This document shows, one piece after another, positions 38,965-52,451 of a stretch of 64,000 nt of DNA. The DNA lies in NCBI RefSeq assembly GCF_006345805.1, contig NC_043005.1:25606001-25670000 (forward strand), given 5' to 3'. This DNA is from Octopus sinensis. Lineage: Eukaryota. Position 1 is the first letter of the stretch. Each line of letters starts with the position of its first letter. A model generated the notes under the pieces. The model saw only the letters and a program-made list of their open reading frames with translations. It made no database searches and was not told the origin of the DNA. The position numbers were made by a program, and so were the translations under genes.

Positions 38965-39423
38965 CGTCATCATCATCATCATCATCATAGCAACAGCAGA
39001 AGCACACTCTTTTGAGATATTTTTTCTCGAAATTATCATTCATGTTACCCTGGGGTATTTTTCTTCGACCCTTTTTATTAATATTCATTATTAGTATCAC
39101 TCTGCATCCCTCTTCTCTCTGTTTTCTAACCGAGTTGAATTTATTTCACTAAAGGAACGCAATAAGTTCGAAACATCCGGTGCTTCCCACTTCGCCTTAA
39201 AGTCGAGGACCCTTTGTTTGGTCATCATTTCATTTTCCACTATATATCTGTTGGAGCTCTCATTGCCTCATTAAAAAATACCAAAAGGGAGTTAATGTCT
39301 ACTAATTGCATGGATAATGGCAAATATTCGATATTTTTCAAGAGACCCTTATCTATATCATTAGTTTTCTCGGATTATCAGATCTTATCCCACTACTCTC
39401 TATTACATGTATTCTATTGTCGT

Positions 39424-39788
39424 GGCACTACGTCGGTTACGACGACGAGGTTCCGGTTGATCCGATGTTCGTGAAATTAAAGTGCAAGTAGCTGAACGCT
39501 CCACAGACATGAGTACCTTAACGTGGTTCTCGGGGAGATTCAGCGTGCAACAGAATGTGAAAAGGCTGGCCCTTGTGAATTACAGGTACAACAGAAACAG
39601 GAAGAAAGAGTGAGAGAAAGCTGTGGTGAAAGAGTACAGCAGGGTTCACCCCACTCCCTGACGGAGCCTCGAGTTGCTTTTAGGTGTTTTCGTTCAATAA
39701 ACATTCACAACGTCCGGTCTGGGAATCAAAACCGCGATTCTACGACCGCGTGTCCTCTGCCCTAACCCCTGCATCATTGCGCCTCCAC
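39424..39788 (-). mobile_element. OR-type SINE, older copy
   Basis: Diverged match to 18096-18479; possible eroded TSD ttctattgt / ttctatggt. Confidence 0.88.
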
Positions 39789-39899
39789 GTTCTATGGTAT
39801 ATTATTGTGTTCCATAATGTTATATTTTCTCTCTTTTACTTCCGTTTCATTAACATACAATTCTTTATTGAAAATCTATCGCCATGATCTATTATATAT

Positions 39900-40800
39900 T
39901 ATATTTGTTATCAAGCATTATAACATATATTCAGCTATTGTTCGCCTTGATTCCTGTTCAATTCCTCTTAGTCCACGATATTGACTAGGGAAAGGACTTT
40001 TTCATCAATTTTTAATTAGTGTTATTTTTATCGTTTCCTTTATTTTTTTCTGTTGCTTTGTTCTTATCGAAAATTCTTAAGTGCAGTTAGTTTTTATTCT
40101 TAACTTTATTGTTTGCTGATATTGAGAGGAAAATGTATTCTTTTCATGTTGGCTTATTGACCTTACCAGATTTTTCTTCAAAACATCTGAATATTTCCTA
40201 GATGCTGTGTTGTTACTTGTAATTTATATTTACACCAAACACCTCCTGATACACATTTATACATCGTTGGTTTTACAGATTTGTAGTGGGTTTCAAATGC
40301 TATAAGCAGTTTTTCTAGTTTTCTAACATCTGTTAATTTAGCATCTCAATTATTTTCTTGAAACTGTAGATTATAACCGGGATGCTTCGTGTATTTGTAC
40401 CTCTCTACCATTCGGCATTGAGATCTGTTTTGAATACTTCTCTTTATATTCAGTAATTAATTCACTGTTTGGAACGTTCTGTTTTACTTCTCTGATTTCA
40501 ATATTTAACCACACTAAACCTTTATTGTTTAATGCATTTCATCTTTATTACATAGTTTTCAAATATTTTTCTTTCCGCATACTCAATGTAGTATCACTTC
40601 TAAACCCGTAGGTTCTCCAGTTACGGAGAGAGGCCCTATGTTTTCTGTTAAACCAGCCATATAGAAGAAGACCCATAAAGTTTTCAAAACAATTGTAGCT
40701 TTTTTTAATTGCTACAATAAATTTGTAGGAGTGATTTCATTGAGAATTTCTGTAGAAAATACTTTCAAGAGAATAGCTTCTTTGAAGTCGTTCTGGTGTC
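39900..40800 (-). pseudogene. Possible very decayed Penelope-like coding remnant
   Basis: Only faint minus-strand resemblance to Penelope RT/linker regions; no clean motif. Confidence 0.3.
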
Positions 40801-40868
40801 TAACTCTGAACGTCTTACAGTCGATTTTGTATTCAGAACGTACCAAGTAGTCTAAAATTTTAGACTGG

Positions 40869-40925
40869 AAATGCCGCCAAGCATTTCGCCCGGCGTGCTG
40901 ACGATTCTGCTAGCTCGCCGCATTA
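40869..40925 (-). mobile_element. tRNA-like head of a Meta-domain SINE
   Basis: Minus GCGGCGAGCTAGCAGAATCGTCAGCACGCCGGGCGAAATGCTTGGCGGCATTT. Confidence 0.65.
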
Positions 40926-41769
40926 AAAATATCTTATAATGATTCTGCTTGTCATTGCGTTACTTACCCCATCGGTAACGCTTTCACGGGATTAAAGAAA
41001 AATAGGGAGAAAGAAAGGGGGAGAGATAAAAGAGGGAGAGAGAATAAGAGAGAGAGAGAGAGAGGGGTGATATTCTGATGGCGAGGTTAAAGAAAGGTAG
41101 AGATGGAGTAGGGAGAGAGAGAGGAGAGAGAGATGGCGATGGTGGTGGTGGAGTTGGGGGTGATGATTGCATAGTGAAAAATGTATTTTGAAAAATCATA
41201 CTAAGTTTTTTTATATCACCTTTCACTTAACGCATGCGCATAGCATGCGCATAAATGCAATTGTCTGAAATATTCACGCTTATTTACGCGGCAGATATAT
41301 GAAATTTAACTAAAGGTTGTATCATATGTATGGGCTATATTTTTAATGGAAAGCGTGGAAAAATAAGAATGAATATTTATTTTATGGGTGCTGTGTGTTA
41401 GTTCTATAAAATTGGTCATAAATTATATAAAGTATATATTTATAAAGTACATTAAGTAACCATCGTATTCCAAATTTTCACTTTTCACTGAGTAGCAAAT
41501 GAGCGATTATCTTTTGACGCAGACACAACACAGGCTACGCTTTCAAGATTTCTGGATAAAGTTTTCAGAAATAAAACAATAAATTTACCAGTAATTCCGT
41601 GAAATATTCACGGATCCCGCTCGTATCTTTATAATATGCCATTCCTTTAGACTGGCGTGATGTTAGTATACTGTCTTATTATAAAGCTATAAGTACTGTG
41701 TATCTTGTATTCAGAACGTACCAAGTAGTCTAAAATTTTAGACTGGTAATATGTTAGACTAGTGTTCAG

Positions 41770-42870
41770 TAAAATTTTTTTTTGCTTTTTACCGCCAGAT
41801 AACGTATATCATTGAGACCTATGATCAATGGTGCATCAGTTTTGACTAACGTATCTCTTTCAATCAATGCAATATAAGACTTCATTGTCCAGTGTATCTT
41901 CCTGTTAAAACTAAACTGTAAATTGTTAATTGAAGAAGATTTGTCAGCTATTTCTAGCAAGTCCGATAATCACATAGAAGTGGGAACTGTTTCTTGTTCT
42001 AGAGTTTTGATAGCTGCTGGTGTAGATTGTACAATTCTAATATTTACTCAGATGGAACATCTTAACAGAAGCTTTGTTATAGGTTTCTGTAGCCAAGAGA
42101 GAGATGTTATTCTTCACAGCATGTTTAAAACTTTGCACAAGGTAATTTCCGACACGTACAAACTAGCATCATTGGATTTCTGTTTTTATAGCTTAGTTAT
42201 TTAGTGGAGGGGCTGGAGATGAAATAGTGTTTTCCTAAGGAAATAATAAAAGAAAACTCTCATTCGACGTATGCTGCAGGAGACGCTCCTAAATTCAAAT
42301 TCGCCATAAACATATCTACGCCTTTGGTGTTTCACTTTGCAGTTACTTTTCAACAAGGTAAAGTTGAAATTCTTGGACGCGAGAAACAGCTGATATCATG
42401 AATGACAAAAATCCTTTAGATGGTCTAAGCAATAGATGGAAATATGGCGAATAGCCAGAACACAAATAGCATAAGAAATAATTATTTCACCCCATTGACT
42501 TCAAAGAAATTGTTACTTTTTCAATGAAAGACGGTTCGTATTCAGATCTGTTATTTTACAAGACCCTTTCTTCCGACGCAGATCTCTATTTATTTGCGTC
42601 GTTATTTAGCAAGGAAAAACGTTTTAGATTGTTAAGAAATTTTTAAGGAGAAGGTAGTTGAGATATTCATGAACAAAGATCTTATTTTCAAGAGAAGCCT
42701 TTACCAATTTCTTCAAATGCAACTTGAAAGAAAAGACGGAAATAGAAACAGAGAAGATGTACATTAGTAATTTTCATAAAAGGTGGTTGAGAATGGCAAA
42801 ATTAACTTCCCTAATGGACTCACATATATTAAGCATCTTGTATGTTAGCGGCAAGAACCGAGAAAAGCTA
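41770..42870. pseudogene. Possible scrambled hAT (SPIN/Buster-like) transposase remnant
   Basis: Minus LVKTDAPLIIG (TDGAPAMVG-like); plus DLLFY.. and KRWLRMAKLTSLMD (WLAKLAFLVD-like). Confidence 0.4.
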
Positions 42871-43249
42871 TTTAATTTTGATGTGGTACAGGGATCCGAA
42901 ACTGTGTTTCCTTGAACCACCCCTTGTATCTGCCTTCCATTTTGGCGATTTGCATCTTAATTTTGCGTTACTTTGTATTTTTAATCTGTGAAAGCTTACA
43001 ATGACAGTTAATGTCACTATTGCTGCTGCTGCTGCTGCCGTTACTGCTGCTGCTGTTGTTGTTGCTGCTGCTGATGATGAGGATGATCGTACCCGTTTAC
43101 TTGACTTAAAACGTCCAATATTTCTTATTTGAAGATTGTCTATATTCTTCTACTTGTAGTAGACCAGAATATTTCTCGGTTATTATAGAGATTATTCGAA
43201 CTGACAACATAAAGATCGGAAACAAATATGTTTGACACATATGTTCCGG

Positions 43250-43405
43250 TGTGCGAATTTGAGTTCGAATACCACCACCGAGGTTGAGTACGTTTTCATC
43301 TATCCAGTTTTGATTAGATTAAAGTACCAGTGAACTACCGGGACATGTACAGTTCACTAATTTCCAAAATATTATATTTCAAGTTTTGAGTTTAGTAGAA
43401 ACAAT
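43250..43405 (+). mobile_element. Meta-domain SINE, decayed
   Basis: gagttcgaatac..ccgaggttgagtacgttttcatc..ttaaagtaccagt..agtagaaac. Confidence 0.6.
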
Positions 43406-43409
43406 TGTG

Positions 43410-43990
43410 CACGCTTCGGACAAGCACGGATGTGCTGTCAGACGGGCTTGTCTAAGGTGCACACAGAGTGATGAAACCATTCTGCACGCACTCGTTTAGT
43501 ATCCGGGCATTGCTGACTTGTGGTGTTATGTCCAACAGCTGCTGTCACGTGTATCGGTCCAGTCCATAGTGATGGTTGACCCGTCACCCTCCTTTAATTG
43601 TGCATATAAGACAGTTTTCCTTTGCGTGTTGGCTGTGGCGAAAGAGATTGTGTGGTGAACGGGGCAGAAAGGTATGAGGACAAATACATTCCTCTTTGGT
43701 AGAAATCTCCGTGATTTCTTCAAGACGTTGAGGGTGGAGAGGGAAGAGTTGACTTCGAGTAAGTTTATGGAAAGGTGGGTGAAAGTTTCGAAAATGGCAA
43801 GAGTGGATGGCACTTGTGAGTCGGAGAAAGAGAATTGGAGATAGAACTTGCCCTTGGTGTTCAGAGAGACCTTGGACAATAAGGTTCCTCGATCAACCCG
43901 TGGGTGTCATCTTGTATAATGACTACTTTCTCTACAATCCCACCTTTTCCTAACCTTTCTATACTATGTATATTACTCTTTCTTTTCATT
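43410..43990 (+). mobile_element. Tx1/L1-clade LINE 3' fragment, older relative of 57929-58960
   Basis: CLRCTQSDETILHALV*YPGIADLWCYVQQLL, a zf-RVT-like knuckle. Confidence 0.78.
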
Positions 43991-44059
43991 GTATACCGTC
44001 TATACTTACACTTTCACATATTTATATATTTATTTTAACATTTTATTAAATGTAATCCC

Positions 44060-44410
44060 CTACGCATGGCTCAGTGGTTAGAGCGTCGAGCTTACGATCG
44101 TGAGGTTGTGAGCTCGAATCCCGGACCGGGCTGCGTGTTGTGTTCTCGAGCAAGGCACTCTATTTCACGTTGCTCCAGTTCACTCAGCTGTAGAAATGAG
44201 TTGCGACGTCACTGGTGCCAAGCTGTATCGACCTTTGTCTTTCCCTTGGATAACACTGGTGGCGTGGAGAGGGGAGGCTGGTATGCATGGGCGACTGCTG
44301 GTCTTCCATAAAGAACAACCTTGCCCGGACTTGTGTCTAGGAGGGTAACTTTCTAGGTGCAATCCCATGGTCATTCATGACCGAAGGGGGTCTTTACCCT
44401 TTACACTTTA
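44060..44410 (+). mobile_element. tRNA-derived SINE with CORE-like domain (OK-like), full length
   Basis: Box A TGGCTCAGTGG at 44067-44077, box B gctcgaatcc, CORE-like tgtgttctcgagcaaggcact..cactcagctgtagaaatg, tail ctttaccctttac. Confidence 0.85.
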
Positions 44411-44489
44411 TATCTGTTTTGTATTGTTCTCCTCATTCTTCGCGCTCGTGTCAAATAAATGAAATCATTATTGTTATTATCATCATCGT

Positions 44490-44995
44490 TATCGTTGCTT
44501 TTACACAGCTTCTAACGCTGGAGATGTACTACGGTGTAATCTGTTCACTACCAATGAACTAAGTTAACACCTTTTATTTTTGGAGCACCTACCGGATTAT
44601 TCGAGCGGTTTCAAGCAGTGCTGTTTTCTGCAAATGATTCACCCTTGCTGCAGCCCCTATTTGTTCCATGTACTTCTCAAGATTTTTACTCTGTTCCTAG
44701 TACTCCGGCAATTATTGGTACTACTACCACCTTTTTCATCGACCACAACTGCTGAACCTCCCATATCTATCGACTTTTCTTTCTTCCTTATTGCATACCT
44801 TGTTGTCAGCTGGGCATGCTATAGCTATGATCTAGCATAGTTTGCTTTCTTTCTCAATGAAAACTATGTCCGGATTCCTATTTTCTATCTCATGGACGCA
44901 CTAAATCATAAAATCCCACAGGATCTTTGCATTATTATTTACGATGATGCCTTCTGGTTTGTGGTCGCACCAATTTTTTTCTCTATCAAGTCTAT
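44490..44995 (-). mobile_element. R4/Dong-like LINE 3' fragment (family A)
   Basis: HLQKTALLETARIIR; 3' UTR homologous to 52380-52445; bounded by (TTA)n. Confidence 0.85.
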
Positions 44996-44996
44996 C

Positions 44997-45092
<96 letters not shown>

Positions 45093-45094
45093 TT

Positions 45095-45527
45095 AATCTG
45101 CATCTTCGTTACAGTCACTTGCCGAGACACACTCAGTGTCCTGGGGCGAGTGAAGGATAAGGGATGTTAGAGCATGACTGAAGGCATGGGGAGGGTAAGT
45201 AGCGAAATATCGTCATGTAATGCAACACATATATTTAAATATATAGGATTTCTGTAAGGATGTGGGCAGTACTTGTCAATACAATCTTTTGGATTTCTCT
45301 GAGATATGGTTCTCCTGGGATCTTATCTAGATGTTTCTGACATTCCTTTTTCATCATTACTAGGGTAACTACAATGTCAGGAACAGTTCTCGATTTTAAG
45401 ATAACACATCTTCGTGTTTCGATTTCTAGGTCCTTATATTTACATTGTTCGTCAAATTCCTTGACAAATATTTTTATCAGTGGGAACAATTTCATCTATT
45501 ACAGTACAGTTATCTTCTTCCCTGTCT

Positions 45528-45528
<1 letters not shown>
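45095..45528 (-). mobile_element. R4/Dong-like LINE 3' end (family B)
   Basis: KEFDEQCKYKDLEIE...IQKIVLTSTAHIL RLE C-terminus, followed by an (AAT)n tail on the minus strand. Confidence 0.85.
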
Positions 45529-45564
<36 letters not shown>

Positions 45565-45814
45565 TAATAATAACAACAATAATAATAATAATAATAACAA
45601 CAGTAATAACAATACTAATAATAATGATAATATTAATAGTGAGAAGAAGAAGAAGAAGAAGAAGAAGAAGAAGAAGAGAAGAAGAGAAGAAAGAAGAAAA
45701 GAAGAAGAAGAAGAAGAAGAAGAAGAAGAAGAAGAAGAAGAAGAAGAAGAAGAAGAAGAAGAAGAAGAAGAAGAAGAAGAAGAAGAAGAAGAAGAAGAAG
45801 AAGAAGAAGAAGAT

Positions 45815-47660
45815 GATGAACATATTGTTGTCCTTAAAGAATCTAACACGCTTTTCATACCTCGCTATGCGGGCAGCTTTAGCAGATACCTTTTGCTTGA
45901 TGGCTTCTATGGTGGCATCAATGTCAAGTATGGATTTCATATTATATTTTTTATTTAATTTTCTGGTTTTTGTAGGTTTGGTAGTCTTGTTAAACTTAAG
46001 GTTTTTCAGACATTCTATGTCAGTCCTAAGCAGCTCTTGCCAAGAAAATTTTTTGTGGGAATGTTGCCGTTTTCTAATCATTTCACCACATAGAATTAAT
46101 GAGATTTTCGTGGATGCATAGTACAGGTGATTGAGATCTGTGATATCAACATCATTAGCTGAAATTATATCCTTTAGTGCAAGGCGGATTTTACCAATTA
46201 TTTTAAGGTTTTGGTTAGAATTGCCGATTTTGGGGAGAGTATCGCTTTCCTCCATAGTGGTTTCTTTAATTTCAGCCCTTCAATCATGATTTAATATTTT
46301 AGGTCATATAGTTCTGTTGGGTCGATATTTGTGTGACTTTCTTCATCTATTTGATGTTCATCTGTCTTAGTGTTTATGGTTGGGCCAGAGAATATTTCAC
46401 TTTGCCTATCAATTACATTAACACTTTCAATCATTACTGCGTTTTCATCAGTCCTGGGCTGGTCTGCAATTATTTCCTTTGTAGTATCTTCTTTAGCTAC
46501 AGCTTCGTTCTTTTTATCCTTTACTGTTTGTTTAATTTGGTCAATCTCTACTTCAATCAGTAATTGTTTTCTCATAATGTTTCTTCTAGCGTTGGCGAAT
46601 TTGTTACTGTCTATTTAGGGTCTTACTTCAGGGTGTTTCTGTCTCCAGTTTAAGTAGATTTGTACAGTATTATATTTATCTGTGTGGAAATATATGGCAT
46701 GGGAGAAGGCCGCAAGAACTTCTTTATTATCTTCCCTAGACCGTTTTTCATTCTTTTTCTTTTGGTTATATGATGTCGAGCATGGATGGCCATCTTTTGG
46801 AATATTCATGTTGTGGGGTACTTCCAGCTCCTGTGTGTCGGTAAGATTTGAACCAGTAGCTGATTTTTAAACCCAAATCTGGTTCAGCATTCGAGTATGT
46901 GGTTTTTGTATTCTGGTCGATGACCATTCCGGTTTGTAACTTGTTTTGTTATCACTGAGGCATGACGAACTTCGACGTTGTCATTAGGGGACGGATCTGT
47001 CTATTTTGGGTTAATTTTTGTGACAACACCCCCTCCATGTTCTCTGCATGTAAACATTGCTCGTATCGTAGCTTCTTAAGGCTAGCAGATCTGTATTAGT
47101 CTGTATTTCTTTTTGTTGATGGATTTATCTTCGAGCATAGTTTTTTTTTGTGGTGTTTTTTAAACTTATGAATGGTACACTCTGTGTTAGGACAAAAAAT
47201 TAAAATAAAAAAGGAAAAGATTTGACTTTGATTTTGCTTCGTTTGTGACACTTGCTTTCATATGCGTGGGTGCGTGCCATGTAAATTTCATGTAGTTGTG
47301 TAAACATTGAGATGTATGTGTAGTCTTGTGGGTATCAAAATGTATACATGATTGTCTAGACATTCGAATGCATGCGTAATTACTCAATTTATGTATTTAC
47401 TATTTTGTTCCATTTCTATTTTATAATTTCTAAACTTTCCGGTGTTGATATCGCGTGTGTTTCGCACATGTTTCATTGAGACACCGCGTGTAGGAGAAAC
47501 TGTGCTTTGTATGGCAGTAGAATTTCGTTTTTTTTTAGTATTTTCGTTAAAAGGCTGCTTCCGTCAAGTCTTCCACAGGTTCCTTTATCTAATTCCATCG
47601 ATGTTATTAGATTAGATTTGTTTTTTAATGGGGAGCCCGGTTTAGTACATCCATGTTGTT
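45815..47660 (-). mobile_element. R4/Dong-like LINE 5' half (5' UTR plus frameshifted N-terminal ORF)
   Basis: SREDNKEVL, LANARRNIMRKQLL and AIKQKVSAKAARIARYEKRVRFFKDNNMF (pre-RT motif). 5' UTR homologous to 52455-53008. Confidence 0.8.
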
Positions 47661-47912
47661 ATTCAGCGCAGGCCTTCTTCTTCTTCTTCTTCTTCTTCTT
47701 CTTCTTCTTCTTCTTCTTCTTCTTCTTCTTCTTCTTCTTCTTCTTCTTCTTCTTCTTCTCTTCTTCTTCTTCTTCTTCTTCTCTTCTTCTTCTTCTTCTT
47801 CTTCTCTTCTTCTTCTTCTTCTTCTACTCATTATTATTAGTATTGTTATTACTGTTGTTATTATTATTATTATTATTGTTGTTGTTATATTATTATTATT
47901 ATTATTATTATT

Positions 47913-47943
<31 letters not shown>

Positions 47944-47944
47944 C

Positions 47945-47976
<32 letters not shown>

Positions 47977-48009
47977 TTGCTGTTGCTGTTGTTATTATTA
48001 TTGTTATCT

Positions 48010-48935
48010 CATTATCACAGGTTTTGTTGGAGCTCCTGGAGTCCTGCATGCGCAGCGGGCTTGCTACCTGCAACAAACGGTACCAAGCTATCCATTGTTT
48101 TGAACTATCTATTATGTCCCTGATTATTCTGGCCGTGCCAAGGAGACAAACCTTTTGTAACAGTTCTACTGGGCTCGTTATTCCAGTTTCCGTTATATTC
48201 CTCTTAATGCCTTCTGATACTGTTCCCAAGATTCCTATAATATCTGGCCCTATCTTCACCTTCTTCATTTCCTATAGTCGGGCTGTTTCCTATTTAAAGT
48301 GCATTGTATTTATTTTTTCATCTTCCTTCTTGACTATTTGTAGGTCAATGGAGCATGTCTCATCTACTATGTAGCATCTACGGTGCACCTTTTCCACCAC
48401 CACTAAGTCAAATCTGTTATGCTCTAGCATCTGATCTGTTTTGATTAGGAAATCCTAGAGAAATTTGCAAGTCTCCGACACCGCCACTCTCTGCGGTCTG
48501 CACTCACACCACTTCTTGCCTCTCTCTAGTCTCCACTTTTCGCACAGTTTCCAGAGTAGCACTTTCGATACCTGGTCGTGTCGCCACAACTTGTAATGTT
48601 TTGGGGCAAGTCTAGGGCATTCGTTCACGCTGTGGGCAATGGTTTCAGCCTCACTATTACAGATGTGGCACAATTGAGACATTCATTTTAAAGTGGACTC
48701 TCCAGTTCGTGGCCAAGGCTTGGTCTTGCGCTGCCAGAATAGTGTTGTTTGCCTTTTTGTTTCAGTGTTCCTTTCTTCAGCCAATCCCAACCATGTCTTC
48801 CAGCAACTTCTCTTGTGGCTACATAGAATTGATTGTGGAGTCCCTTCTTGCGTAATTCTTCTTCAGGTCCCTTTTGTACTTATTTTATTCTACCTTTTTT
48901 GTCTGCTTTCATTTCTCTTTCATTCCTAACTGACA
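48010..48935 (-). mobile_element. R4/Dong-like LINE 3' fragment (family C) with CCHC knuckle
   Basis: CHICNSEAETIAHSVNEC..RHDQV and LQKVCLLGTARII; flanked by TTA/TAA/CAA arrays. Confidence 0.85.
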
Positions 48936-48967
48936 CTAGCAATAATAATAATTAATAATATTATTAT

Positions 48968-49019
<52 letters not shown>

Positions 49020-49070
49020 CTAATAATAACAACAACAACAACAACAACAACAACAATAATAATAATAATG

Positions 49071-49131
<61 letters not shown>

Positions 49132-49469
49132 CAATAATAATGATGATAAGAATATTAATATTTATATTACAGGCTTCTAATAGATGAATTATCTAAGATG
49201 ACAATACACAAAAAATAAATCAAGACCACCCCCGACATCATCAATAACGAAACAACAACATACCAACAACAAATAAAAACAGCATCAACAATGAAAGGGG
49301 AGCGATGACTATCAAAGCAAAATAATAGAGTTAATAAATTGCGAGGAGTTGATGGCTGTATCGCAATAATCTTTAGTGTAGTGGAATGAGTTATCTGATC
49401 TTGAATATAATCTGACATCTAATACTGCTTTGTGGTATTTGAGGTGGAGATGGAGTGAGACTTGGTGGG

Positions 49470-50705
49470 TTGGCTGGATGATGATGATGATGATGATGAT
49501 GACGACGACGACGATGACGATGATGGGTGATGACGACGATGACGATGATGGTGATGCTGATGATAACGACCATGACGATGATGATGATGATGACGATGAT
49601 GATGGAGATGATGATGATGGGGATGATGATCTCTTGATGATGATCATGATGGAGATGACAATGATGATGATGATGATGATGATGATGGAAATGATGATGA
49701 TGATGATGCTGATGATAACGACCATGACGATGATGATGATCATGACGATGATGACGATGGAGATGATGATAATGTAATGATGATCGTGATGGAGATAACA
49801 ATGATGATGATGATGATGATGATGGAAATGATGATCATGATGCTGATGATAACGACCATGACGATGATGATGATGATGTTACAGATGATGATGATGATGA
49901 CGATGATGATGATGGAGATGATGACGATGATGGAAATCATGATGGAGATGATGGTGATGATGATGATGATGGTGAAGATGGTGATGAAATTGATGTTGAT
50001 GATGGTGATGACGATGATGATGACGATGATGATGACGATGAAGATTGTGGTGGCGAGCCTGGGGATGCAGATGGTGACGGGGTTAGTTCATAGTGGTAGA
50101 GTTGATGGTGATGGTGATTTTGTGAGGGTGGTAGGCACGATGGGATCATAATGATGGCGGACATTTTGGTATTGGTGCTGGTGGTTGGTGGATGGTGGCT
50201 GCTTGTAGCAGTCGTCATAGCGTTTGCGAGGCGTTGCTGATAAGGATGGTGGTGACGGTGATGATCGTGCTGAAGGCAGCCATGACGCTGAAGGCGGTAG
50301 TAATGGTGATGATGTTGCTGATGATGGCGATAGGAATGTTGAAGTGATTAAGGTAACTTCTTGTGATCATAATGCTGATGATGGCGATGATGATGTAGGT
50401 GAGGAATATGACGTTGTGATGGTAGTGTTTGAAATAGTAGATGCTGGAGATGTTCACAGTGATGCTGATGGTGGTGGTAGTGGTGGTAGGGTGGTGATGG
50501 TGGTGATAGTGGTGGTGATGGTGATAGTGGTGGTGGTTGTAGAGGGGGTGGTGGTGATGGTGGTGATGGTGGTGTTGGTGGTGGTTGTGGTGGAGGTGGT
50601 GATGTTGGACGCGGTGATGGTGAAGTTGGTGGTGGAGGTGGAGCTGTGGTGATGGTGATGGTGGTGGTGGTGGCGGTGGAGATGGTGATAGTGGGGAGTG
50701 ACGGT
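49470..50705. repeat. (GAT)n/(GGT)n compound microsatellite with internal block duplications
   Basis: Directly visible; gctgatgataacgaccatgacgat recurs three times. Confidence 0.92.
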
Positions 50706-50713
50706 GGATGTAA

Positions 50714-51715
50714 TATTAGAAATGATTATCCTGTTTTTGAATAACTAGTTCATTTTTTTCAGAATTTTGAAATTTTTCCAGACCGTTGAATAGAAAATGG
50801 ACGAAAAGCAAATTCACACAATTTTCTTATTCCAGTTTAAGCTAGGCCGAAAAGCTGCTGAAACAGCTCGCGATATTAACAATGCATTTGGCCCAGGAAC
50901 CACTAATGAACGTACAGCACAATTGTGGTTCAAGAAATTTTATAGCGGTGACGAGAGTCTTGAAAATGATAAATGTAGTGGTCGACCTTCGGATACTGAC
51001 AACGATCAACTAAGAGCCTTAGTCAAAGCCAATCCACGCACAATTGTTCGAAAGTTTGTTTCTGAATTAAACGTAACGTATACGACAATTTCCAACCACT
51101 TAAAAGAGATTGGAAAAACAAAAATACTTTGACAAATGGGTGCTGCACGAATTGAACGACAACCAAAAAACAAAAACAAAAAAAATGCCGTTTTGAAGTG
51201 TCGTCTTCTCTTCTTTTACGCAACAAGAACAACCCGTTTCTCGACCGGATTCTTTACGACAACCGGCGACGCTCAGCTCAGTGGTTGGACGCCGACGAAA
51301 CTCCACGGCACTCTCCGAAGCCAAAGTTGTACCAAAAGAAGGTCATAGTGAATGTTTGGTGGTCTGCGGCCGGTCTCATCCATGACAGCTTTTTGGATTC
51401 AGGTGAAAACATTACGGCAGAGAAGTACTGTTAGCAAATGGATGAAATGCATAAGAAACTCCCACAACAACAGCCAGCATTGGTCAATAGAAAAGGACCA
51501 ATTCTTCCCCATGATAATGCTCGGCCATACGTCACACAACTAACCCTGCAGAAGTTGAACGAATTGGGTTACGAAGCTCTGCCTTATCCGCCATACTCAA
51601 CAGACCTCTCGCCTGCCGATTATTATTTTTTCAAGCTTCTCGACAACTTCCTGCATAAGAAATGCTTCAAAAACCAAGACGATGCAAAACGCCTTCAGCT
51701 ACTTCATCGCCACGA
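50714..51715 (+). pseudogene. Mariner (Hsmar1/cecropia-like) transposase pseudogene, 3'-truncated by a LINE
   Basis: MDEKQIHTIFLFQFKLGRKAAETARDINNAFG..SGRPS; YDNRRRSAQWLD; LPHDNARPY..PPYSTDLSPADYYFF. Contains frameshifts and has lost the first catalytic D motif. Confidence 0.92.
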
Positions 51716-52445
51716 GAACGCAGGCAGACAGAGAAAAAAGATGGCTGTGGATGACTAAAAGCGATTTAAAACCGGAAACGGAGGCTCCGTTCTGTGCTGC
51801 GCAAGAGCAAGCACTAAGAACAAACTACATAAAATACAGAATAGACAGCACATCAGAAAGTGAAGAGTGCAGAATGTGTGGACAAAATGGTGAAACCGTA
51901 CGGCATATTACCGGCCAATGTACGCCACTAGCCCAGAAAGAATATAAGAGACGCCACAACAATATAGCAAGGCTTGTCCATTGGACATATTGCAACATGT
52001 ATGGATTTGACAGAACAAAAAATTGGTACGACCATAAACCCGAAGGCATCATGGAAAATGATAATGCATAGATCCTGTGGGATTTTATGATTCAGTACGA
52101 CCATGAGAAAGAAAGCAAACTATGCTGGATTATAGATATAGCATGCCCAGCTGACAGCAAGTTAAGCGATGAGGAAGAAAAGTTGATATATATGACAGGT
52201 TAGCTTGGGAGGTTAAGCAGGTGTGGTCGATGAAAAAGGTGGTAGTAGTACCAATAATTGTTGGAGCCCTGGGAACAGTGAGAAGTACATGGAAAAACTA
52301 GGGACTGCAGTAAGGGTGGAGCACTTGCAGAAAATAGCACTGCTTGGAACCGCTCGAATACTCCTGAAGGTGCTCGAAAAATAAGGGGTGTTACCTTAGT
52401 TCAGTGATAGTGAAAAGCTTACACCGCAGACGCAGTGCAAAGGCA
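51716..52445 (+). mobile_element. R4/Dong-like LINE 3' fragment (family A)
   Basis: AAQEQALRTNY..CRMCGQNGETVRHITGQC..RHN; LQKIALLGTARIL. Confidence 0.88.
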
Positions 52446-52451
52446 ATAGTA

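Noticed and set aside
49312-50652. His/Asp/Met-rich ORFs (reflectin-like or metal-binding at first glance)
   Set aside because: Pure (GAT)/(GGT) repeats with no reflectin motif.
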